Positions 49,985 to 62,513 of a DNA stretch of 64,000 bases are shown one piece after another (the stretch's first letter is position 1; each line of letters opens with the position of its first letter). A model generated the notes under the pieces. That model had not been told where the DNA came from and did not search any database. It was given only the letters and a program-made list of their open reading frames with translations. A program made the translations under genes and the position numbers. Origin of the DNA: Isurus oxyrinchus (lineage: Eukaryota); the NCBI GenBank assembly GCA_026770705.1, contig JANJGN010000026.1, positions 23,870,001 to 23,934,000 on the forward strand, read 5' to 3'.

Positions 49985-50419
49985 GGCTCCATGGCACAGA
50001 AATACACGGCGCTGTCGGAGAGAAGGGCCCCGGCGATATTTAAAGGAACCATTTTGTTTCCTTTGTGCAAATCAGCAGAGAACCTGTCTGGGAAATCAGG
50101 AGACTTATCTACTTTCCCCGAGGTATATATCCTCATTAAATATCTCGGAGCTTCCCTGGGATACTGGATGTACCAGAACAGAGTTGGGGCAACAGCTGCC
50201 GTGTAATTACAGTCCAGTTTTATGTTCTGTCCTTCCAGAACCTTTAATTCAGGGGGATCCTGGGTCACCGAATCTTTACCATTAGTTCCTGCAACAAAAC
50301 ACAGAATGTATCAAATATCTGGGAGTGAAGATAACACACGTAACAGACACTGGCAATTTAAACATTAACTCACCAGGCAGCAAGACCATTATTAGCAGTA
50401 GGGAACACAGGGAGCACAT
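49985..50419 (-). CDS. TCR alpha/delta V segment, apparently intact (exons 50419-50374 and 50288-49985)
   Basis: MCSLCSLLLIMVLLP-G-TNGKDSVTQDP..LDCNY..FWYIQYP..SDSAVYFCAMEP. Confidence 0.96.
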
Positions 50420-51379
50420 GGTGACGGGATTAGAGCTCGGAGGAAATAAGGTAAGGTTTGAAATATGTTGACAATCTGTTCATTTTTCAAAGAGGAAATG
50501 CAGGCCAAGGGCAGGCTTCACTTATTGAGAAACAGAGGGGCGTTTCCCAGCGATAGGATTGGCTGGTTTCTCAGAGCTGATGACAGTTGGGCACTAATCA
50601 GTGTTAGCTCTGGGCCGATTATGTATTCTGAGTTTCTCTTTCTCCCCATCTTTCTCGGTTTCTCCGCATCTCTCTTTGTCTCAGGATCTCTCTGTCTCGC
50701 TTTGTCTTTCGGTCTCTGTGGCTCTATCTCCCCTTTCGCTGTCTCTGACCCTCCCTCACACACGTTTTCTCCGCCATTTTCTCTTTCTCCAGATTTCCCT
50801 AAGTTCAGAGTGCAGAAAATCCAATTTATCCCAGTCACTCATTTAAATGAGTTCAGAAATTTGCTCAATCAGCAGGAGCAGCTACAATAGATAAACTATT
50901 TAACCGCAGCTCAGAGGCAGCATTAAAATGGTAACAATTATATTTAAATACCAAATTTGGCAGGCTTTGTCTGTATTGATATTTAAGACTCGGTACCCCA
51001 TCGGGGTCTCGATTGTTTGATATTGTTAAAATAAGGTTCCTTTAACCAGTAATGGCCCAGATATAATAATAAACAAGGGAACTGCAAGGACTTAAAGTAA
51101 AGTTTGAATTAGACCCTGTGTATAAATTCATCTGCACTAAAATAAGGTGCTTTTTAACAATTTTAAGAAGAAGAACTCGAGAAATGCGACATAATCATGT
51201 AACTGTATGATGCTCCAATAATTGGAGCTCCCTGGTTGTCTCTGTGCATTTATTGCAGCGGATATGGGCACGATAACTTGGTTATGAGACTACTCCAGTA
51301 ATCTAGGACGGCAAGTGCCTCTCAGAAATCGTCATTTCCCTATCACGTTCTATGTTACCTTAATTTTCTTTAACTTCCT

Positions 51380-52420
51380 GGAATTCCTTCCTCCCTTTTG
51401 AGCATTGTTCTTCTCTCTATATCCCTGTGTTTCCCTAACTGACTATGTCGATTTCCTTGGTTTGTCTCTCTTCTTTGCTCAGTGTGCATTGTCTTCATAT
51501 TTTTGTATTTGTTCCCTTCAATGTGTCTTCATCTATTTCCCTCCCTGTCTCCGTCTCCCCCTCATTCCTCGCACTGTCTCTCCCGCTGTTTACCTCCCTG
51601 GTTTCAATCATTCCCTTTCCTCCTGGTTATCGCCCTGTATCTCCATCTGTTTTGTGCTCCCTGTCTCTATTTCTATCACATTCTCTTCCTCTGCTTCACT
51701 CACTGTCTTTTTAATTATTTCTATTTATTTCTCAGTTTCAATGTCTTCATGTTGCATCTGTTCCCTTCACCATACCTTCATTTTTTTTATTCAATCATGA
51801 GATATGAGCGTCGCTGGCTAGGCCAGCATTTATTGCTCAACCCTAATTGCCCTTGTTCAGAAGGCATTTAAGAGTCAACAACATTGCTACGGATCTGGAG
51901 TCACATAGAGGCCAGACCAGGTAAGGATTCCCTTCCCCAAAGAGCAATAGTGAACCAAGTGGGTTTTTATGATAATCAGCGATGGTTTCATAGTCATCAT
52001 TTGACCTTTAATTCAAGATTTCTAAAATTGAATTCAAATTCCACCATCTGCCATGGCGAGATTCAAACCCGCATCCCCAGAGCATTACCTGGGGTAAACC
52101 TTGCGTCCCTGAATTACTCGTACAGCGACAATACAACTTCGCCATCGCCTCCCCCTAAATCTCTCTCTCTCTCTCTCTCAATCTCTCTCTCTCTCTCTCA
52201 CATGTCTCTTAATGTCTCTCCCTGGGTTATCTCTTTCTGTTTACCTCCATCTCTCTCCTTCACTTCTATCGTTGTCTTTCCTCCCATTTTTCTCTCTATA
52301 TCTCCATCTGCGTTTGTCTCTCTGCCTCTCACTCAGCCTTTCATCCTATACGTCCATCTGTGTTTCTGCCATTGTCTCTCCCTCATTTTCTTTCTCTGTC
52401 TCTCAATGTGATTGCTCTTC
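51380..52420. repeat. CT-rich low-complexity tract
   Basis: Pyrimidine-rich with (CT)n at 52160-52200; explains the long hydrophobic ORFs here. Confidence 0.85.
51790..52155 (-). mobile_element. HE1-like SINE, well preserved
   Basis: Full head to tail, inserted in the CT tract. Confidence 0.88.
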
Positions 52421-52774
52421 TGCCTGTCACTTGCAGGCACGTATTTGGCCGCCCAGACGGTGCTCTAGTCTATCGTAATTGTTTAATTCATTGAAAATAT
52501 CCAAGTGTTGCTTTTACAGGATTAGATGCCTATTACTGTTGTAGAAGAGGAGATTAGTCAATAAGGCGCAACCAATGCTAACAACATAAGCCATGTACAT
52601 TCCTGGCCACAACAACAGGCCTTCAAAGTCTCCATTTTATAGCCAAGACATTCGCTTCCAAAACCTAATGCGGTCTCTACTCATTTTCTAGGCTTTAATT
52701 AAATTCAGCAGAAATCGCAGCATCAAACCAATTGTGGTGCTCAGCCCCCATCAGACACAATAGGTGCCCATCAT

Positions 52775-52920
52775 TCTATAAAAGTAAAATATTGTGGATG
52801 CTGGAGATCTGAATTGAAAACGGAAAGTGCTGGAAAGACACCGCAGCCTGGCAGCATCTGTGGAGACAGAAATATGTTAAAAGTTTTCAGTCGAATGTGA
52901 TTCTTCTTTGGAACTCTGAG
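52775..52920 (-). mobile_element. Penelope-like terminal fragment
   Basis: gatgctggagatctgaattgaaaacggaaagtgctggaaa...ggcagcatctgtggaga. Confidence 0.7.
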
Positions 52921-53179
52921 TTGGCCCACCAGCCCTACATGGGCTGTAGGAGACAGTTGTATCTCATATTGAAAAGGGAAAATGAGAAACCTGGCTCCAG
53001 AAGTCATGTCAGTGGAAAATATACATCAGCTTTGCATTACTCACTTGCCCTCGTTGACGATATGAAAAATATTTATTATAAAAATATGCTTAATTTTAAA
53101 TCTCAATGACCCCAAATTAAACCAATTCTCCAGTAATATTCCTGATCCAGCGTGTTCAGAAACCAGGAAAACGTAATGA

Positions 53180-53602
53180 ATGGAATTACAACTTCTGATT
53201 TTGATTTTAGGTGAGGACTTTGTGGAGAACCGTGTTCGCCATTAGAACATGTTTCTTCTCTTTTGTATCAGCAATTATCTCAACAGATAGACTGTGATCC
53301 ACCAGTCACAGCGGATCTTTGCACAAGAGGGACAATCGATTGAAATACAGTAAAATGCAATCACCAGAGGCTCTGAGAGTATTCACCAGTACAGAATCGT
53401 GGCCCGAAATTTATCATATCAGCTGTTAGTAGAAACACCACAGGCAGACTCTTCAACCTATTCATTTAACCAACAAGAAGCTACAACATTCCCGGTAGGG
53501 GCAGCACCATAGGATTAGAACCTATGGTGTATTAGTCTGGGGTGTATTACTGTGCAGTGAGGCACTGAGAGATAATACAACCATTCCAAGCTGACAACAT
53601 TC
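53180..53602 (+). pseudogene. TCR V pseudogene
   Basis: Leader MELQLLILIL G|GTGAGG (53180-53210); acceptor 53270-53271; ..AQEGQSIEIQ*..GPKFIISA..SGVYYCAVR; heptamer CACTGAG, nonamer degenerate. Confidence 0.85.
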
Positions 53603-53934
53603 ACAGCGGCCTCTGCTCTCCTCAATGTGTTCTTTGTGAACTACCGGTCCAAAGAGGCAATCCATTCTGCAGGACAGGGTTAATAGGGTCGGTTGAAGCC
53701 TGTTACTGTTTCACTGTTATCGTTTCTTCTTCATATTGTTAACCATCAGCTCTTGATGGTTGGGTCGGAAATGATAAACCAAATTAAACTCATCACCTTG
53801 ATGTTGAGGCAAGTCTGAGCTGGCAACAATATTTTGGTTCAGTTGCAGGCGGAGATCAATGAATCAGAACAGCAGAGGAGGGGCCCAAAAAAACACCATT
53901 CTACAGAGGAGGAGTCCATCAATACACTATCGAG

Positions 53935-54130
53935 CAGGTCAATTAAAGTTCAAACTGTCTCTCTGATCAATTAGAGATCCAACTGTCTCTCAGATCAGTT
54001 AGAGAGCAGCCTGTACTTAATGTCAAAAAAATTTCAGACCGTCTGTCAGATCAATTAGACATCAAGCTGTCTTTCCAGTCAGTTAGATGTGAAACTGTCT
54101 ATTGTTTCTCTTGTGTCTCTCTGATCAGCG
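53935..54130. repeat. About 27-bp minisatellite
   Basis: Diverged repeats of gatcaattagagatccaactgtctctc. Confidence 0.75.
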
Positions 54131-54149
54131 ATGTTAATGTTTCATTTGC

Positions 54150-54277
54150 CTGCAATAAACAGTCCTGCCCTGGTTATGGAAATGGCATAAGACACGGCGA
54201 ATGTCAGACACTGCGGTCTATTACTGTGCACAAAACCTCACAATGATTGGAATGACTGAAAGCCTCATTCAATAACT
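54150..54277 (+). pseudogene. 3' remnant of a V segment with 23-RSS
   Basis: SDTAVYYCAQN then CACAATG-23bp-TCAATAACT (54239-54277). Confidence 0.85.
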
Positions 54278-54324
54278 GCCGCAGCTTTCTGGGTCACAGC
54301 TGCTGTCTGCTGAGGGCTGTTTAT

Positions 54325-54555
54325 AACAGCGGGTGAGACACTGTCATATGAATTCACTCCTGTGTGCGCAAAGTCTGACCACAATCCACACAAACACCAT
54401 CTAAAATCCTTCACATCGAATACTGACTCCGTCTGATTATTACATTCACTGCGTGAGGGAAGAATTGGCTTCTGTTTATTTGAGGATTTCTGGGAGCTCG
54501 CCACGACCATTGAAAATGCAAACACTTGCAGTTGTCCTGGACCTAATGAACACAT
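54325..54555 (-). pseudogene. Possible 5' remnant of a V segment
   Basis: Leader-like ..LQVFAFSMVV with gcgagc (decayed donor?); cacAG|GVNSYDSVSP. Confidence 0.4.
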
Positions 54556-56314
54556 GGAAAACGTGCAACTAATTTTTAGTTTGAAATATCTGTTTTTAGC
54601 AGACAGACGGATCAGGGGGAAGACGGTCGTTATAATTTTAATAGCCTGTTTAAAGACTTCAAAATAGCAAAGACGCTTTAAACATATTAAAACTAAGGAT
54701 CCATAATATAAACAGGTACAAAGAGATCATTTTCAGAATACGATTAGATGCTGATGAACAATGTTTATTGGACCATTAATCTATAAAACCGGGCGCGGTG
54801 TATCCTGGACACCAGAACAGATGGTCACAAGCCGACTGAATACAAAAGCCTGATTGTAAAAGTCTCAGAAAGGCTGCAGAAATGAGCTGCAAACCATAGA
54901 AAGGACAGTGCACAAAGACTAGATAAGACCATGCGCACTCACACAAGAGAGTGGTAAATATCCCAGAGATGTTAATGGTTTTCCGTGTTTTTCACTAATT
55001 ATCAGCAACGAGATCAAAATGGTATGGTACCATTTTCGCAAGACGTTTCTAAAACTTTTTTAAAAGCACATATAATCTCCAAATGTGAAAGATGCGAGTT
55101 TGAGACAGTGAAGAAACATCAAGGATATTTTCAAGGTTGTAAATCACGACCCAGGATCGAAGGTGATGTTCTAGGATCCTTAGAGGCACAAAAGAAAGAC
55201 TGAACTCTTCATTGCAACTGACAATTTTCACATGGGGTCGGTATTTTTTTTAGATCGACTTTGTTCTAAGCGATAACCTGTGCAAACATTTCAAACTTTA
55301 TTCATTACCGTAGCTACCAAAATTCTTAGTAATCTGATTCGTTAACTGCGCTTTATATTGCACTAAATGTAATTATTTATGTATCACAATCTTCTGAATG
55401 TCTTGCAAAAGAAATCTGTAAACAATCGTTCTGATGAAAATATTGTTTGGGTGACTTTCTACTTTACTCCTCCAGATGGCAGCAAACTGCTAGGAATCAC
55501 CTGCCGCCTCCGTCTGGAAGTGCCGATCTCTGTCAACATTAGACATGTCACACATAGAATCAGCCAATAACTGACAAGCGAAATTTCCTGGAGATAACTG
55601 CATCCATCCTGGCCTTGGACTTATCTATCGGAAGCTCAGTGGTTCAATTTTCCTTGCGCTTCTAAAACCAAGTTGGAGAAAATTGGTCAGTTTATTTCTC
55701 TTTGTCACACCCGATAATCCACATGTTAAAAATACAGATTTCTCTCACCTCAATCGATTCGAACTCCTATTCTGTCAATAACTTCTCAATCAGGTTCGGA
55801 ATGATCTCGTGAGAAGTTGACATCAATTTACATCATAAAATCTACATTTTGCCGAGTGATATTTCAGGTTTGCGTATGTCTCGATTATCAAGGCAATTAT
55901 CTCTCTTTGCAGGCACGAGAGCCTGTCTCATACTGCACTAGATAATTTCCCTGTTTTATAGCATCAAGTTCTACCTCTATTTATATGATACAAAACAATA
56001 TCTCGCGAATTGCTATGCAATGCCCAGCCTGCGTTAATATTGCTCGGGGCTCTGCATTTGCTGCCGCTACGCTAGACCTTGCCTCTGTTCATTGTACACA
56101 TTTCGCTGCCTCCCGTTAAATTACACTGGGCCCTGTTTCATTGTTACAGCTTGGATAATCTATTTGCATATGTCACACTATGCACTGATTAATTTATCAA
56201 TACAATAGGCCATGACTCTGTTCATACTATAGAAGGACATGTTTCAGCTACTGCTGCACTAAACATTATGTTCTTTCCTGTTTAAGTCATGATAGACCAT
56301 ATCTCATTTTATTC

Positions 56315-56620
56315 TCTGACGAGGAGCGGTACGAGGCGGCTCCTCATGACAGTTCCTGTGTCAGTCTCTCTTCGGCACAGGAAATCCTCTTTCAGAGCAG
56401 AAATGGAGATCCCCGCTCCACTGCACTGCTGATCTAACCGATGGATAGAACGGAGCAATCTCTCCGTTTAATCAGTATGGTCAGAGCGAGAGCAGGAAGA
56501 GGAAGCAGTGGCCGGGGATAGTGCAGATTCAAAACTGACAGGAATGTGCGGTGACTCTCAGCTACTTCCGCGAGTGTTGAAGCGGAAGTAGCGACGGTTG
56601 TACTTCAGGAAATCTATATT
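56315..56620 (-). pseudogene. Orphan promoter and leader remnant (MENRLAP family)
   Basis: MRSRLVPLLV at about 56348; homologous to 44205-44500; no V exon follows. Confidence 0.75.
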
Positions 56621-57363
56621 CATCCTGCTCATTCTCACTTTTCAAGGGGCTGCGAACAAATAGTGCGGGAGGGGACTGACGGCACCAGAAGCATTGAAAT
56701 CCGTGCAATGGAGTGAGGTTTCGGTTTACCGTACCTGAGCCTATTTGAAAGAGCTAGGCTAATCATCTTTCACCTCTCTCATTTTTGCTCCCCCACCCCC
56801 TCCACCCCCCACCTACCGCACCAAACCCCACCCTCCCCTCCACCCCCTCCACCACGTTTGTAATTCCTTGAAGGAATTTACCAATGAATCTCCTTCCCGC
56901 TATAGTTTAGCACCGTATTCCTGACAGGAAAGCATCGCAATGTAACAAATAAAATTTATCTTTCCCTGCCAATATTCTTCTACGAAATCGGGATGATTTC
57001 GCTATTGAATCTTCGGGTAATGGAAACGATCCAAACAGCTCCAGTTTAAATTTCACATAAACGTTGCGTGAAATAAGTGTCCAAATATGGATTTCACTTA
57101 ACCCTGATCACACTGAATTGTCGCTTTCTCAACCCGACTGAAAAAAAACCCACCAGCAGAGGGCGCCACCCCTAAGCATGGTCATGGCACGGTCACGGCA
57201 GCGTCAAAGCCAATAGGGGTGGCAGCCTGAGTGAGGTCACAATGGGCCTGGCCCCCTGCAGTGTGTGGGTGGAACAATGAGTTGAACAGAGCCCGGGTTC
57301 CCCCTCGCCTTCTCAACCTCTGGTTCACCTTATTCCCATTTACTGAGAGAGATTCTGTCAGAT

Positions 57364-57891
57364 ATGTTTCTGATAATACTGGTTGCGCTGTTCGACAGTA
57401 AGTACTGAAATAATTTAATCAAGGTGGATTTGCAGATTAATGCAAATATTCCAAATAATGTTTAATATAATTATACATCATAACTTGCAGTATTATGGAC
57501 AACTGGTAGACGGAAACTTCGACGCGCTCACACAGAGACTCATAAGGTTGGATGACGTCTTCTTAAGCTCTTCACACTTCATTCCTCTCCCCTCACAGGT
57601 GGACGAAGTGAGGATCCAGTAACCCAGGCTCTGGTTGCAATAATAGTGTCAGAAGGAGGTTCGGTGCAGTTAGACTGTGAATATACAGATCGGAATATTG
57701 ATTACATGCAATGGTATCGGCAGCAAATGGCACAGCCACCAAGACGGATTATTACCAATCGCTTAGCACTGAAAGAGGAGAAAATTTCAGGACGATATCT
57801 GGCAGCTGCTGACGAGTCTAAAAAGTACGGTTACCTCAATATAAGCGAACTGCGTGTGGAGGATGGGGCGGTGTATTACTGTGCAGTGGGG
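57364..57891 (+). CDS. TCR alpha/delta V segment, apparently intact (exons 57364-57397 and 57599-57891)
   Basis: MFLIILVALFD-S-GRSEDPVTQ..LDCEY..MQWYRQ..EDGAVYYCAVG. Confidence 0.96.
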
Positions 57892-57930
57892 CACAGCGTC
57901 AGATCACAGCAAGAACCCCGTACAAAGACC
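57892..57930 (+). other. 23-RSS
   Basis: CACAGCG-23bp-ACAAAGACC. Confidence 0.93.
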
Positions 57931-58989
57931 TCAGCGAGCATTTACAGCTCTGATAAGCTTTCTTTCGTGCCTTTGTCGGCAGGGAAGGTTCGATCCCGAG
58001 TTCACAGCAGGCAAAAGCCGGCAGGCTAGTTTATCGCACAGTTATATTACGGTTGTTGCCCTTGTCCAAATCAACAGACGGGTAACTTGGGAAATCTTGG
58101 GTCTTATCACCATTCTGTTTTTTTTCTGCTCAATATAAACAGGGAATGTTGATGTGCCGGCAGAGATGATTAAAGCTCAAGGATTGGAGTTCCTATAGCT
58201 GAAAATTACCCTGAAAGAGATCCACATTGAGAATTCCAATTAGTTCTGACAGCGGTAAAGAGGAACAGCACAAGTGATTGAACCTCCAGACCGCGAGTCA
58301 CTGGGTCCTTGCTAAAGAGGCAACAGGACAAATCGCTTAACGTAAACACACGAGGTGCATCAGCACAAATATTTTACCTGACATTTTCAACTTCCGTTTC
58401 CAGCACAAATCAACTTCGCGAATTCATCAGTGACACCCGAGCTCATCTCGTCTCCATCGATTCCCGTTGTAGCCTTGATAGTTTCATCTTTTCCCCTGAC
58501 CAAACACTTTATCTACAATCCTATACACTCCCTCATTCTAGTCTTTAATGTAACGATGCAAACCTATTCTTTCTGATCTGAATATCAGACAAGTGCCGTT
58601 ACGACAGAGCTTCCTTAAAGGGGAACTGCAGACAGACGATTGAACACAGAGACAATTTTTCACACCCTGCCCACCACATCTGATCATTGCTCAGAACAGG
58701 CAGTGGAGAGCAGCCGATATGAATATTTCTTCTTTGGATCAGGCCCTGGGCAATAAATAAAATGTTATTTCACCGGCAATTGTCTCTGAATTGAATTTTC
58801 TCTGAATTATCTCAAATACATCGGACAACAATCATCACATGGATGTCTTTATCATATATAACGCATTTCGTCCAATAATACGTAATGGTAGCTGAGCATT
58901 AGGCAGCTGAACACCGAATGTGAAAGATAGAGAACAGTAAATGTTGTAAACGGAAGACACACACTGATAACTGACATCACAGAAAAAAA

Positions 58990-59240
58990 GAATCACAGGG
59001 ATTATTACGGTTTACAAGGAGGCCATTCAGCCCATCGTGTCTTCTCCGGCCTTCTGAGCAGTTTAACCTAATGCCAATTTCCTACCTTCCCCCCGTAACC
59101 TGCACATTGATTCTATTTAAATAATTATCCAATGCCCTTTTGAATGCCTCAATTGAACAGCCTACACCATACTTCCAGGCAGTGAATTCCAAACCCTGAC
59201 GACTCGCTGTGTTGAAAAGATTTTTTGCACATCGCATCAG
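58990..59240 (-). mobile_element. CR1-like LINE 3' tail
   Basis: ggaggccattcagcccatcgtg...caggcagtgaattccaaaccctgacgactcgctgtg. Confidence 0.75.
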
Positions 59241-59814
59241 CTCTGTCTTTGCTGGAGGTCAAAGTTAAAAGGGAAAATAATAAACTGACACCACCCTGCA
59301 TTTGGTTTCTTTTCCTGCATCACATCCTTGGCTAATTTATGTTAAAGCTGCGATGAAAGGCTTTCGTGCTCAGTTTTCACTCTCTTCCTGTTATCCAGAC
59401 CCCACCCTATCCCTCGGGGTGTTTGAACCAGCTCCATGGGCAATGCTTCCAGGGGCTCTACACAGATGTATGATGAATCACCGAAAAGTGCCAATGCGCT
59501 TCTCTTCACTTCTGTCCCGATCCAGATTTAGAAATCTTACAGCTATGGGAGTTTGAATGCACAATACCAGCACAAGAGTTCATAAGATAGAATTTTAACA
59601 ACAGGCTGCCTTCATTCCTTAAGACAATCTTTGTACAGAGTTTCAAATGTTTACAATGGCCCGGCGCCCAGGTTTGTCACCCTAGGGTGTCAGTGCCGCA
59701 AAGTTATTATGTTCCGCTCTCATGCCGCCACAAGGATTGAAGGAAATTCCTGGCGTTTTGATCATTGACATGATCCGATAGGAACCGATGGCCAAAGGAG
59801 CAGGGTGTCAAAAA

Positions 59815-59890
59815 TGCCATCCTTACGTCACGAGAACAAAGTCTATTTCTAACCAATCCAAGAGCAGCAAAACCACGTGACTGAAACATT
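59815..59890 (+). promoter_or_regulatory. V promoter motifs
   Basis: TTACGTCA (CRE-like), CCAAT, overlapping AACCAC (RUNX-like) and CACGTG E-box, 110-175 bp upstream of the ATG. Confidence 0.6.
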
Positions 59891-59994
59891 ATCTCTGGCT
59901 GTTACATTGACCGACTGTTGACGTTCTTCAGACGCTCCGTGCTCTGCTGATGTGAGCTGGGCTTTCTTTTCTTACTGACATTTCAATTGCAAAG

Positions 59995-60414
59995 ATGCGT
60001 TACGCGGTGCAAATGAATCTACTCCCTGTCATTCTGGTGCTGCTAACTTGTAAGTATAGGGGATTTATTCTGTAACCTGCAGAGAGTGTCTATTTATACT
60101 CACGTTACCTGAATGTTTTTACAGGTCGATGTCGCTCAGAACAAGTGTCCCAGTTTCCCACTGCGAGAACAGTCCAGAGCGGGGACTCGGTGCAGATAAA
60201 CTGCACCTACAACACGTCCAGCATTGACGGAATGTACTGGTACAGACAGAAATACGGTCAGGGACCGGAGTTTATTATAAGCAGATTCTCGGCTGGCAAG
60301 GATAGAAAGGACCGATTCGAATTGGAACTTTCCACTGCGGGCAAACGGGGCCAATTGATTATTGAGAAGACGGAGAGCGCGGATACCGCTGTGTATTACT
60401 GTGCGATACAGCCC
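59995..60414 (+). CDS. TCR alpha/delta V segment, apparently intact (exons 59995-60049 and 60125-60414; alternative ATG at 60013)
   Basis: MRYAVQMNLLPVILVLLT-C-RCRSEQVSQFP..INCTY..YWYRQ..ADTAVYYCAIQP. Confidence 0.97.
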
Positions 60415-60453
60415 CACACTGAGAGGAAAGGCGGCAGTCACTGTACAAAAACC
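60415..60453 (+). other. 23-RSS
   Basis: CACACTG-23bp-ACAAAAACC. Confidence 0.97.
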
Positions 60454-62513
60454 TCCCTCCTGTTTACACTCCCGGAACAGCTGCAGCGACCTCTCCAATA
60501 ACATTGGGCAGAAAAGACGGGTCAGAACGAGAGCAGCAAAGGGAGGCTGTGAGCGGGTCTGCCGTTAGCTTTATAAAACCCTTCAGATAGCGGCTATGAT
60601 TAGAGATTGTGACAGTCACAGCATAAAGTATCCGATAGGAGAAACAGAGTGCAGCCTTCGTTGTGAGAACGTCTTCAGCATTGCTTAATTGTCGGATTAT
60701 AATCAACTGCGTCGATTCGGACATTTTACTGAACGTGTGTGCACTTGATGCTGCTGTGTGATCGGAAATTTTAACCTAATTCTCCCAAGAAATTCTCGTT
60801 TCCTCTGAAATCTAAATACTGCGTAATAGATTTCCTCTTGAAATTAATTCTTACAAGATAGTGAGTTCGTGAAGCCAGAACGAATTTCAGAGGAAGTTTC
60901 CACAGAGGCTGGAGTAATATGTTCCTCTTGTGAATCACAACATAATGATATTTAACTTCCACCCCGTGTCAATCACCTCACTCTGATAGGGACAGTGAAT
61001 GAAATGAACTGCAAATCTTCAGCTACATTTGAATTTTTTTTAACCTATTTGAGATAAGATATTCCCGGTATCATCTCACCGTTAGTAATTTCACCGGCTG
61101 GTAACTGAACTCCTGTGCATCTTATCTGATGAAAACCGTAATGCCTGCCTGAAACAATCAGGAGGCGCCATTCGACTCTGCTGAGGAAAATCACGTGGGG
61201 AAAGAAACTATTGCTAGTAACACGAAAGAAACTGTTAGTCCGATTACAACCGTGTTTCTCAAAGATGTTATGGCTGGGCACTTAGAAAATTCATAGCAAC
61301 CAGGCACAGTTCACATGGTTTTGTGAAAGAGAAATCAAGTTTGACCAATTTATTGGAGTTTGATGGGCGAATGCCCTCCCCCTGCTCCTGACTCGTATGT
61401 TCGTATGAATATGACTTCATTCATAATGCCATATTTAAGAATTTATGTTCGAAATGTGCCTTTAACATGCTATTAGGGCATTCAATTTTAATTGCTTTCG
61501 TACCTTCAGTGTAGTTAGTGTCGGGCGCACTTTCACCACGAATTTCAGCCAAAATAGACTGAGCTCAAAAGCACTTTTTTTTAATCCAACAAACACCAGC
61601 TTAATTCTAAATAGGTTTCATAATCTTTGGTTTGCTACAAACCGGGGAGAATTTTGCTTGAGTCCCGAGGTGGGAGTAAGAAGTATGTGACGATGGCGTC
61701 CTCTGGTGGAGATTATGAGAAATTGCTCACCGTGCGGATCCTGGTGAAGACAGTCAGTGTATCTATGGGGGCTTTTCAGTTTCCCATTTATAGGGAGACG
61801 CGTTGTGACGATGCTGATGATGAATGTCGATCCCTATATCAACAGTCACAGGGCATAAAAATAATTCGATGAAATGGCGTTTGGAAATTCGGAGCTTCTT
61901 GTCGCCTATTTGAGCCTTAAAGAACTGCACAACCTACAGCGACAATCCCAGCATTTATAAAAGTAGCTTAAATGTTCCTTCAATTTAACTGATGCCGGAT
62001 ACCATTATCGGTATCTACAGCCTCCACAGGGTCAAGATAAGCACTTTGTTTTTACTCCAACGTTTCCAATTATTCATTTTTCTGTGTGGATTCAATTTAA
62101 ATGCCTTTCCGCCCAGAGGTGGGGCGATGTTGGGTGAAATGCTAATTGGCCGAGATAGCAGATGCCATCCAATCAACTGACCGTTCCGTTGTTCCACCAT
62201 CCATCCAATCTACGCCGAGCCCGGTTGTTCTCCGGTTCATGAGGGCAGTTCGGGGAACGGGGAACAGCGAAATCCTTCTGTTCGCAGCAGGGATTGGGGA
62301 CAGCAGTGACTCCAATGCTGACCTTTGAACGGGGACAGTCTTTGAGGTGGGAGAAGCGAAGCGAAGCATTTAATATTATTCCATTGTCAATGCTGGACAT
62401 CCGCATTAAAGAAGTTCTACTCCCAGACAATACAATACGCGGAGGGTGTCGCATATAATCACTCCGAGATAACCATGTTCTGTGAGATCAGGTCAAAAAA
62501 TGTATTTTAAAGC

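Noticed and set aside
50465-52478. Long hydrophobic ORFs
   Set aside because: By-products of CT-rich low-complexity sequence and a SINE
57905-57930. Nested heptamer CACAGCA within the spacer, as a possible dual 12/23 RSS
   Set aside because: Only 10 bp from the nonamer
58715-58755. J-like EYFFFGSGPG
   Set aside because: No RSS, no splice donor, stop codon follows
62310-62355. J-like segment (LTF[G]TGTVFEV after a 1-nt correction)
   Set aside because: Needs a frameshift and has no upstream 12-RSS
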